Source: a virus
Virus record (IMG/VR): IMGVR_UViG_3300048080_000252
Span: 1 to 37,995 of that record
Direction: 5' to 3' (one strand)
Length of the DNA stretch: 37,995 bases
The notes under the pieces were generated by a model. The model did no database searches. It saw only the letters and a list, made by a program, of their open reading frames with translations, and was not told the origin of the DNA. The position numbers and the translations under genes are program-made. Of this stretch, positions 1 through 6,618 are shown in pieces. The number at the start of each line of letters is the position of its first letter. Position 1 is the first letter of the stretch.

Positions 1-43
1 CCAACGCCGGAGACCAGGCAATGCCGCGCCAGTTGTTGTCGGC
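1..43. repeat. Terminal overlap: nt 1-43 identical to nt 37953-37995 (assembly-type circular closure)
   Basis: Direct reading: ccaacgccggagaccaggcaatgccgcgccagttgttgtcggc occurs at both ends. The junction lies inside a 185-nt exact internal repeat (316-500 equals 37869-37995 plus 44-101). Confidence 0.9.
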
Positions 44-595
44 GGCGCTGGTGCGGATCGTCCAGGTGATCCCATCGGGCGAGGTCATCACCCGGTTGCC
101 CACCCCGCTGGCGAAGGCCACAGCCACGAACAGGCCGCGCTCAGGCGACCAGGCAATGGCAGTCCAGCCATTGTCGGCGGCGCTGGTACGGATCGTCCAG
201 ATGATCCCATCGGGTGAGGTCATTACCCGGTTGCCGACTCCGCTGCTGGCCACGACTGCGAACAGACCGAGCTGCAGCGACCAGGCGACGGCATTCCAGT
301 TGTTGTCGGCAGGCGTGGTGCGGATCGTCCAGGTGATCCCGTCGGGCGAGGTCATCACCCGGTTGTTCGTCCCGGTCTCCGCCACGGCCACGAACAGGCC
401 CAACGCCGGAGACCAGGCAATGCCGCGCCAGTTGTTGTCGGCGGCGCTGGTGCGGATCGTCCAGGTGATCCCATCGGGCGAGGTCATCACCCGGTTGCCC
501 GTCCCGTTGATGGCCACAGCCGCGAACAGGCCGCGCTCAGGCGACCAGGCAATGCCGTACCAGTTGTTGTCGGCCGCGCTGGTGCGGATCGTCCA
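1..595 (-). repeat. 132-nt (44-aa) coding tandem repeat array, terminator cassette, units 1 to mid-5
   Basis: Period-132 recurrence of ggtgcggatcgtccaggtgatccc(a/g)tcgggcgaggtcatcacccggttg. It translates on the minus strand to WTIRT(S/T)(A/P)ADNxWxxIAWSPxxGLFxAVAxxGxGNRVMTSPDGIT. Confidence 0.9.
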
Positions 596-883
596 AGCCA
601 CGCCCATCGCTCCCCGGAAGCCGTCCAGTGCCACCCGGACAGCGTTCATCACGCCCCGCAGCGCCGGATAGGTCGCGGCGGCCCCGGTGATCTGGAACCG
701 CGGATGCGCCAGGCCCGACGGCCCGCTGTGCGAGCGCACCCTGGGCCCGGAGATCCGCTGGTAGACGAGGTACGGCAGGGCGGCCTCCTGCGGCGCTTCG
801 ATCGGGTAGATGCGTGTGCCCACCAGGGCTGCCACGCCGGCGTTGTTCTTGAGGTGCTCGTACAGCGCCTCCTCGATGACCAT
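1..883 (-). CDS. Tail terminator (DUF3168/SPP1 gp17-like) carrying an inserted 7-unit propeller-like repeat cassette; 5' part, continuing at 37952..37537 if the contig is circular
   Basis: ATG at 883 abuts the TAG (884-886) of the upstream gene. The N-terminus (MVIEEALYEHLKNNAGVAALVGTRIYPIEAPQEAALPYLVYQRISG...) looks like a tail terminator and sits in the terminator position after the gp15/gp16/gp16.1-like genes. From residue 97 the frame reads 44-aa WTIRTSAADNNW..GNRVMTSPDGIT units. The ORF is open to nt 1 and absent from the ORF track only because it has no stop in the window. 883+416 nt = 433 codons, in frame with the right-end ORF. Confidence 0.75.
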   Translation of the reverse strand, partial: MVIEEALYEHLKNNAGVAALVGTRIYPIEAPQEAALPYLVYQRISGPRVRSHSGPSGLAHPRFQITGAAATYPALRGVMNAVRVALDGFRGAMGVAWTIRTSAADNNWYGIAWSPERGLFAAVAINGTGNRVMTSPDGITWTIRTSAADNNWRGIAWSPALGLFVAVAETGTNNRVMTSPDGITWTIRTTPADNNWNAVAWSLQLGLFAVVASSGVGNRVMTSPDGIIWTIRTSAADNGWTAIAWSPERGLFVAVAFASGVGNRVMTSPDGITWTIRTSAADNNWRGIAWSPAL

Positions 884-1357
884 CTAGCCGTTCTCCACTG
901 CCCCGCGCAGGACGTCTCCGACGGCGGCGACGGCCTGCCCCTGACGCTCGTCCATCGCCGGCCGCAGGAAGGGCCTCGCCGCCATGCCCGGATGCTGCAC
1001 CGCCCGGGCGAAGACCACCGTATCCCCGACCTCGAAGCGCAACCGCTTCGCCAGCTTCGGCTTGATCTCGTGCGGGTCGGCGCCGAGCTCGAAGAACCTG
1101 TGGTACCAGTGCTTCTTGTCCGAGCCGATGTCCACTCGCACCTGGCCCTTCCTCGAGAGGACGACCGTCCGCGTGTCGACGCTGCCCGGGCTAGGCGCTC
1201 CCGCGTCGGCCGCCGCCCGAATCACGCCGGCGCCGGCCTGGGCTGCGCGCACCGCCACCGAACGGATAGACTCAGCCCTGGCCAGAAGTTGAGCCCGCAG
1301 CTCGTCGAGACCCTGCATCTTCGCCTTGATCCGAATCGTTCCCCCCGCCTTGGCCAT
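884..1357 (-). CDS. HK97 gp10-like neck/tail-completion protein (SPP1 gp16.1 position)
   Basis: 157 aa. The C-terminal region (...HWYHRFFELGADPHEIKPK...VQHPGMAARPFLRPAMDE) is typical of the HK97-gp10 family, and the gene follows the head-closure gene. Confidence 0.75.
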   Translation of the reverse strand: MAKAGGTIRIKAKMQGLDELRAQLLARAESIRSVAVRAAQAGAGVIRAAADAGAPSPGSVDTRTVVLSRKGQVRVDIGSDKKHWYHRFFELGADPHEIKPKLAKRLRFEVGDTVVFARAVQHPGMAARPFLRPAMDERQGQAVAAVGDVLRGAVENG

Positions 1358-1675
1358 CTACACCGCCTCGATACACATCAGCTGTAGCTCCCGCCGCCGC
1401 GCCTCGGTCTCGATCACCGCCTGGACATCATAGAAATGGCTACCCCAAACCACGCGCATCTGCGGCACGATCCCCGCCCGGTAGCGGATGCGGATCCTCG
1501 TCGTCACCTCGGCCTGGAGCTGGCGGGCTTCCAGGAACTCTCGCCCCTGCAAAGGCTCGACGCTGGCCCAGACCGTGGCCACCGCGTTCCACGCCTCGAC
1601 CTCGCCGCCGAAGGTGTCCCGCGTGGGAGCCTTCTGCTGGATCGTCACCCGGTGGCGCATCCTCCCGGCGCGCAT
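1358..1675 (-). CDS. Head-tail adaptor / head-closure protein (SPP1 gp16-like)
   Basis: 105 aa: MRHRVTIQQKAPTRDTFGGEVEAWNAVATVWASVEPLQGREFLEARQ...TRIRIRYR...MRVVWGSHFYDVQAVIE. This is the classical Phage_H_T_join-type pattern. Confidence 0.8.
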   Translation of the reverse strand: MRAGRMRHRVTIQQKAPTRDTFGGEVEAWNAVATVWASVEPLQGREFLEARQLQAEVTTRIRIRYRAGIVPQMRVVWGSHFYDVQAVIETEARRRELQLMCIEAV

Positions 1676-1676
1676 T

Positions 1677-2261
1677 TCAGAAACTCAACGCGCGCAGCTG
1701 CCACATCAGGCGGTCGTAGGCCATCGGCAGGTCGACGGCTGTAAGCCCCGGCTGCACGGCCACCGCCTCCCGGTTCTCGTACCAGTGCCCCACCAGGAGC
1801 AAGACCGCCTGCTTGGCGCCCTGCGGCACGGCTGCGGCCGCCCCATAGCCGGCGACGAAGCGCACCATGACCGCGCCCGCCGCCCACAGCGTCGTCGAGG
1901 GCCAGGTGAAGCCGGACTTCAGGACGATGCGCCCGAACAGCTCCGACGTGTCGACCACATAGTTGGCTGCCGGGTACGTCAAGACGGTCCCGTCCTGATC
2001 CTTGTAGGTAATGCTGGTGACCGACGCCAGCGGCGGTAGCGGGAGCTCGAGTTCGGCCTCAGCGGGGAACGCATCAAGGATGAGATCCCACGTCTGGCTG
2101 ACGAGGGCCCGCCGGGTATCGTTCTCGAACTGCTCGCGAGCGCCTTGGATCAGCCCGCTGATCAGCGCGTCGTCGTCGGTGACGTCGACCCGCAGATGAG
2201 CCTTGGCTTCTCCCAGGGTTACCGGCTCCGTGGCCGGCGCGGTCACCAGCACCAGTCCCAT
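1677..2261 (-). CDS. gp6/gp15-like head-tail connector (DNA-packaging QLRG-type) protein
   Basis: 194 aa: TLGEAKAHLRVDVTDDDALISGLIQGAREQFENDTRRALVSQTW...AKQAVLLLVGHWYENRE. This is the typical connector motif pattern, and the gene sits between the capsid and head-closure genes. Confidence 0.8.
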   Translation of the reverse strand: MGLVLVTAPATEPVTLGEAKAHLRVDVTDDDALISGLIQGAREQFENDTRRALVSQTWDLILDAFPAEAELELPLPPLASVTSITYKDQDGTVLTYPAANYVVDTSELFGRIVLKSGFTWPSTTLWAAGAVMVRFVAGYGAAAAVPQGAKQAVLLLVGHWYENREAVAVQPGLTAVDLPMAYDRLMWQLRALSF

Positions 2262-2267
2262 CGGTTC

Positions 2268-2606
2268 CTACCCACCCTTGGCCTTTTCGGCTTCCCGCTC
2301 GGCCTTTTCCCGCGCCTTGCGCTCAGCCTTCGTCTCGGGTTTGGCCGAGCTCGCGGACGCGGCCGCGTCCGGCTTGCCCTCACCCGCCTCCTGCCCACCC
2401 TTGGCCTTGGCATCCGGCAGCACCGCCGTCTCCGGCGGCTTGATCATTTCCGTCTCGATCGGCGCCAGGGCCTTTCCTTCCTTCGCCGGCCGGGCGAAGC
2501 CCCCGTCGATCAGCGCCTTGGCCTGGGCGCTTGGCAGATCCGCGATCTGCCCCGGCTCGAGCACGCCATCCGGGCCGGCCATGAGCGTCACCATCTGGAT
2601 CCGCAT
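2268..2606 (-). CDS. Hypothetical head-module protein with a Lys/Glu/Ala-rich low-complexity C-terminus
   Basis: 112-aa ORF in the head operon, same strand, tightly packed. No motif recognised. Confidence 0.65.
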   Translation of the reverse strand: MRIQMVTLMAGPDGVLEPGQIADLPSAQAKALIDGGFARPAKEGKALAPIETEMIKPPETAVLPDAKAKGGQEAGEGKPDAAASASSAKPETKAERKAREKAEREAEKAKGG

Positions 2607-2651
2607 CGGATCACCTCCATGCTGCGGTCTCTACGTCTGCGGCCCGGCCCG

Positions 2652-3038
2652 TCAGGCGACCGGCGCCTTGCGCGGATGGCCACGGACGACCGAGGCTTGG
2701 TAAACCCCGCCAGTCGTGGCCCCCGCGACCGTCACGTCCACGCGCAGGGCTCCCTTGGTCCCCTTGTAGCCGATACGGAAGACCACGTTGTCGTCGGCGA
2801 CGCCGATCGCCGGCTCGGTCCCCTGCAGGTCGGCATCCGCCACCGCGGTGAACGCCCCGCCAGGGACGGCCGCCTCCTTCACCTCGATCGTGTGCGTGCC
2901 ATCCGTGATCACGCCAGTCCCGATCACGACCATCGCGCCGTGATAGTCGCGGATGTCGACTTCGACGCCGTTGCCGGTCGCCGTCCGAGCCGCTGGCACC
3001 AGGCTCTGGACGAAATTCAGGTTGCTGTAGAGATCCAT
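2652..3038 (-). CDS. Hypothetical head-module protein (possible decoration/cement protein, by position only)
   Basis: 128-aa beta-rich ORF directly after the major capsid gene. GGAGG lies 8 nt upstream of the ATG at 3038. Confidence 0.7.
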   Translation of the reverse strand: MDLYSNLNFVQSLVPAARTATGNGVEVDIRDYHGAMVVIGTGVITDGTHTIEVKEAAVPGGAFTAVADADLQGTEPAIGVADDNVVFRIGYKGTKGALRVDVTVAGATTGGVYQASVVRGHPRKAPVA

Positions 3039-3053
3039 CGCTATTACCTCCGT

Positions 3054-3116
3054 GGCCCGGGTAGTCCGGGCCGCATTGAGCCTGGCGGGGAGGGCAGCCC
3101 CGCGGCTGCCCTCCCC
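3054..3116 (-). other. Two GC-rich hairpins between the major capsid gene and the next gene
   Basis: ggcccgg-gtagt-ccgggcc (3054-3072, 7-bp stem) and ggggagggcagcc-ccgc-ggctgccctcccc (3087-3116, perfect 13-bp stem). No U-tract follows on the minus strand. Confidence 0.5.
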
Positions 3117-3132
3117 TGGATCGCGGTTACGG

Positions 3133-4344
3133 TTACGGCAGCTTCACCCGGGCGAACGCCTCGGCCAAGACGGGCATCCCGTCCGACTCGAGGCGGCCGA
3201 TGAAGCCGACCTGGTGGGTCTCAGCGTAGAGCTCCTCGAGCCGCTGGACCTCGAACGCCAGGCTGTCGGCGACCCAGTAGAAGCTGAAGTCACCCAGGAT
3301 CCCGACGTACAGGCCGGTGGTGAAGGTGTTCGGCACGTACTCGCTGATGTGGATCGGCAGGTTGAGCAGCCGGTCCGGCTCGCCAACGCGGGCCGACTCG
3401 CGCCAGATGTATTCGCCGGTGGTCGACTTGATCTTGGCGAGCTGCTTGACGGCGTCGCGGTGGAAGAGCCAGCGCGCCTTGGGCCAGTAGGCCGCCTTCA
3501 GGAAGTACTTGGCGTCGATCAGCCCGTCGATCGTGATGTCGGTCCCGGACGCGGCCGCCAGGACATCCCGACCCGTCGGAATGCCGCTGGCCGAGGCCGT
3601 GAAGACGCCCAGCGGCCGGCTGGCGCCGGACCCGGTCATCGCCGCCTTCTCCCACGTGATGGCGAACTTGTAGGCCAGGCGATCGCGCACCAGGCCTTCA
3701 GCATCCTTGTCCAGGCGGAGCAGCTTGCGGCTGACCTTGATCCGCTTGGCCAGCGGCTTGGGGGCCAGTTCGCGTTTGCCGAACGACATGGAGCTGTCCT
3801 CGCCGCCGGTGGCCAGCTCCGATGTCCAGTCGGCGTCGGCCGGATCCGCTTCCACCGAGGGCACGCCGAGGGACTGGGCATCCTCGACCTGACGGACCGT
3901 CGCCCACTGGCGGATGAGGACCGCGTCGTCGACGCTCTTGATCAGATCCCGCACGAACTGCATCGGCGCGCTGAGGAAGCCGCCAGAGCTGTCGACGTCC
4001 GACTGCAGAGCGCGCAGCTCGGGGCTGATGGAGCCCGACCGGAGGAACCGGTCAAACCCGGCGCGGTACTCCGCCGACTCGCGCGGATCGTTCGATGCGC
4101 GCGCGCCGGCCGGCTCGGGCTTGTGCGGGGCGTTGAGGGGCTGCTCGAGCTCGCCCTCGAGGGCTCCCTGCCGCTGAACGCGGTCGATCGTGCCTGTCAG
4201 GCCAGTGACCTCGCCCATGATCCGGTCCCACTGGGCCTGTTCCTCGGCCGTCAGGGCCCGCTTTTCCGTACCGGACTTGTCGAGCAAGGCCCGCGCCTGT
4301 GCGACCAAGCCTGCCCGCTTCTCGAGAAGTTCACGAAGATTCAT
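3133..4344 (-). CDS. Major capsid protein, HK97 family, with N-terminal coiled-coil delta/scaffold-like region
   Basis: 403 aa directly after the prohead protease. The N-terminal ~100 aa are coiled-coil (MNLRELLEKRAGLVAQARALLDKS...). Size and C-terminal pattern are typical of HK97-type capsid proteins. Confidence 0.85.
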   Translation of the reverse strand: MNLRELLEKRAGLVAQARALLDKSGTEKRALTAEEQAQWDRIMGEVTGLTGTIDRVQRQGALEGELEQPLNAPHKPEPAGARASNDPRESAEYRAGFDRFLRSGSISPELRALQSDVDSSGGFLSAPMQFVRDLIKSVDDAVLIRQWATVRQVEDAQSLGVPSVEADPADADWTSELATGGEDSSMSFGKRELAPKPLAKRIKVSRKLLRLDKDAEGLVRDRLAYKFAITWEKAAMTGSGASRPLGVFTASASGIPTGRDVLAAASGTDITIDGLIDAKYFLKAAYWPKARWLFHRDAVKQLAKIKSTTGEYIWRESARVGEPDRLLNLPIHISEYVPNTFTTGLYVGILGDFSFYWVADSLAFEVQRLEELYAETHQVGFIGRLESDGMPVLAEAFARVKLP

Positions 4345-4365
4345 GCCTTGCCTCCTGTTCTGTCG

Positions 4366-5052
4366 CTAGGTGTGCAGCTCCAGCTCGCGGCGCATCTGGT
4401 CCAGGCGCGCCTGCACCTGGGGATCGCCTTCCTTCGCCTGGGCCGCCTGGCCCCGGGCGGCGGCCAGCTGGGACCGCAGCTCTTGGAGTTTCGAGCGCAC
4501 CTGCGCGCTCGTCTGTGGGAATGCCGGATCGGTGACGACCGATACGTCGAACAGCTGTTCACATCCGCCTTTCTTGAGCGTCCGGTGGAACAGGTCGCTC
4601 TCGTCGGTCCGCCACTCATCGCCACCGGTCTTGACGCGGAAGGCAAACGACATCTGGTTGATGTCGCCTCGACGCATCGGCTCGAGCACTAGGTCGCGGA
4701 TGAGGGCCGTGCCGGGTGGGCGGATGAGGGTCTCCAACGCCTCGGGGGTGTCCCTCAGCTCCAGCGTCCCCGACGTGGTCCGGCCCATGACGTAGTTCGC
4801 GTCGTGGTTGAACAGGGCGCGGACGTCGTTGTCCAGGACGCCCTCGAAGAAGCCGGCCTCAATCTCCTCGATGAAGCCGATGTATTCGGAGGGCACCCCA
4901 TAGACCGCCGCCTTTCCTTCGATCACCGGCTCGGTCGCCGTGCCCGCCACCCGGATCTCATCCATCCGGAACGTCCGGACCTCGCGATCGGGCAAGGCCG
5001 CCTCCCTGTCTGTGTCCGTCACACCCGTGGAATGAACTCGAAGCGGTGTCAT
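4366..5052 (-). CDS. Prohead maturation protease, HK97 family (S78/U35 type)
   Basis: 228 aa: IEGKAAVYG...LFNHDANYVMGRTTSGTLEL...INQMSFAFRV...LFDVSVVTDPAFPQT, the typical HK97 protease pattern. GGAGGG RBS upstream. Confidence 0.85.
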   Translation of the reverse strand: MTPLRVHSTGVTDTDREAALPDREVRTFRMDEIRVAGTATEPVIEGKAAVYGVPSEYIGFIEEIEAGFFEGVLDNDVRALFNHDANYVMGRTTSGTLELRDTPEALETLIRPPGTALIRDLVLEPMRRGDINQMSFAFRVKTGGDEWRTDESDLFHRTLKKGGCEQLFDVSVVTDPAFPQTSAQVRSKLQELRSQLAAARGQAAQAKEGDPQVQARLDQMRRELELHT

Positions 5053-5070
5053 CGCTCAACCTCCCTCTGG

Positions 5071-5214
5071 CTACGCAATTAGCGCGGCCAACTCTTCCTC
5101 TTCGTCAGGCTCCAGGCTGGCCTCGGCCCATCGACGGTAGCCTCCGTCGGTCGGCGGAGGTGGACCTCCTTCAGTCTCGAAACCCAGCGGTTCGAAATCC
5201 AGCTCGTCGAACAT
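5071..5214 (-). CDS. Small acidic ORF (47 aa), hypothetical
   Basis: Hand translation: MFDELDFEPLGFETEGGPPPPTDGGYRRWAEASLEPDEEEELAALIA*. It fills the gap between the 296-aa gene and the protease and is below the ORF-track size cutoff. Confidence 0.35.
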   Translation of the reverse strand: MFDELDFEPLGFETEGGPPPPTDGGYRRWAEASLEPDEEEELAALIA

Positions 5215-5215
5215 C

Positions 5216-6106
5216 TCAGCTCACAAAGGCCGTGATCCAGGGCAGCGCCACGGCCGCGCCACCCAGGGCGGGCACTCGGCCGCCGCCCGTCGAAGGTCGA
5301 TTGACTTCACTGGCAAACAGCCCCGACTGCAGATCGTCGGCAAGGGCCGCGCGGATCGCCGCCGCGGTCGTCGCCTGGTTGCCGATGGCCGCCCACAGTT
5401 CGTCGCCCGGCTGGGCCGCGACCGAAAGGGAAACCGCCTGGCTCTTCAGGCCAACAGAGTTGACGACGGCTGCCACGTTGGCGAAGCCGAGGAGGGTCAG
5501 TGCTGGGTTGCCGGCCAGCACCGGGACGCCCCGGTACACGGCTGCCTCGGCCCAAGTGATCGTGACCGCGGCGGTCGTCACCCGGAAGCGCAGGGTGATC
5601 GAGCTCGAGCTCTTCGGGCAGACGCCCAGCCAGACATAGAATGTCTGGGTCGAAGCGAGAGCGAGCGCCGCCGTCAGGTTGGCCGCATCGAAAGCGCCCC
5701 GTAGCAGCTGCCCCATCCGCACAATCGTGCCGGCCGCCTTGGGTGCGCCGGCGGCATTGAGCACCATCCAGCCGGCGCCATCCTGCCAGATGAGCTGCTC
5801 GCCCACCTCCAGGGTGACCTTGACGAGCGTCCGCTGGTTGGTGCCGTCGTACATCTCGACCGTGATGACATGCGGGATCGTGTCGACGTTGAAGAAGTCG
5901 AGGTACTTCGTTTGGCGCTGCGTCGAAGCCGCCGGCGACGCCACGATCGTGACAGGCGTCGTCCCGTTCAGGACGGTCATCAGATTGCCCGGCGTGAAGG
6001 CCGTGGCCGTCACGTCCGCCCAGTCCGAGATGGCGTGCGGATTGCTCGCGGCGATCGCCTCGCCCAAGAAGGCCCGCACGCTCTTGGAAGTCGTGTCGAG
6101 GATCAT
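5216..6106 (-). CDS. Hypothetical beta-rich protein, partner of the fibre-like gene
   Basis: 296 aa. The ATG at 6106 overlaps the upstream stop (TGATG). No motif recognised. Confidence 0.75.
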   Translation of the reverse strand: MILDTTSKSVRAFLGEAIAASNPHAISDWADVTATAFTPGNLMTVLNGTTPVTIVASPAASTQRQTKYLDFFNVDTIPHVITVEMYDGTNQRTLVKVTLEVGEQLIWQDGAGWMVLNAAGAPKAAGTIVRMGQLLRGAFDAANLTAALALASTQTFYVWLGVCPKSSSSITLRFRVTTAAVTITWAEAAVYRGVPVLAGNPALTLLGFANVAAVVNSVGLKSQAVSLSVAAQPGDELWAAIGNQATTAAAIRAALADDLQSGLFASEVNRPSTGGGRVPALGGAAVALPWITAFVS

Positions 6107-6618
6107 CAGAATCCCACCGACAAGCGGGCCAGCACCTGCGCCTGGCTCAGGCCGCCACCCCCGCCGGCGGGGGTGGCCAGCGTGCCATCATCACGGACGA
6201 ACTTCGTCCCATCCGGCAGGCCGCTGGCCAGCTGGGCCATCGGGACCTGCCCTCCGGCGCCCAACGAGGCATAGCCATTCGCTTGACCCTTCTCCGTCTC
6301 CTTCTGGTAGCCCGCGTGCGGGTCGGCGGCGGCCTCGTGGGCCGCTACCGCGCCCGCCAGCTCATAGACACCGACATGGCCATGCCCCGAGGACGAAGCC
6401 CCGATCGCCGCCGGCGTCAGGATGTCCGGCTGCCCAGTCGCATGACGCGCCGCGTGGTCCTCGGCATGTGTCGGCTGATTGAGCGCCAGCTTGCTCTCCA
6501 CAACGCCTGCGCCAGCGGCCACGTCGACGTTTACGATGCCGCCCAGCGTGCCGTCCGCCTCGAGCTGTGCCCGGGTGATCTTCTGCCCCTGGGGCGTGGA
6601 GAGCGTGATCTTGCCCAT
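6106..6618 (-). CDS. Fibre-like protein (tail-fibre-type motifs) encoded inside the head module
   Basis: 170 aa with HAARHATGQPDILTPAAIGA, KGQANGYASLGAGGQVPMAQL and DGTKFVRDDGTLATP, motifs I associate with phage tail-fibre proteins. The ATG overlaps the portal stop (TGATG). Confidence 0.7.
   Translation of the reverse strand: MGKITLSTPQGQKITRAQLEADGTLGGIVNVDVAAGAGVVESKLALNQPTHAEDHAARHATGQPDILTPAAIGASSSGHGHVGVYELAGAVAAHEAAADPHAGYQKETEKGQANGYASLGAGGQVPMAQLASGLPDGTKFVRDDGTLATPAGGGGGLSQAQVLARLSVGF

Noticed and set aside
21-671. 216-aa plus-strand ORF (MPRQLLSAALVRIVQVIPSGEVITRL...) at the left edge
   Set aside because: It is the antisense reading of the 132-nt repeat. The minus strand gives the conserved Trp-rich units in frame with a terminator-like N-terminus and correct operon polarity. 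The repeat simply lacks stops in several frames.
3052-4692. 546-aa plus-strand ORF across the capsid and protease region
   Set aside because: It is antisense to two strongly supported HK97-type genes and has an Arg/Leu/Gly/Pro-rich composition. It is a long open antisense frame of the kind expected in high-GC DNA.
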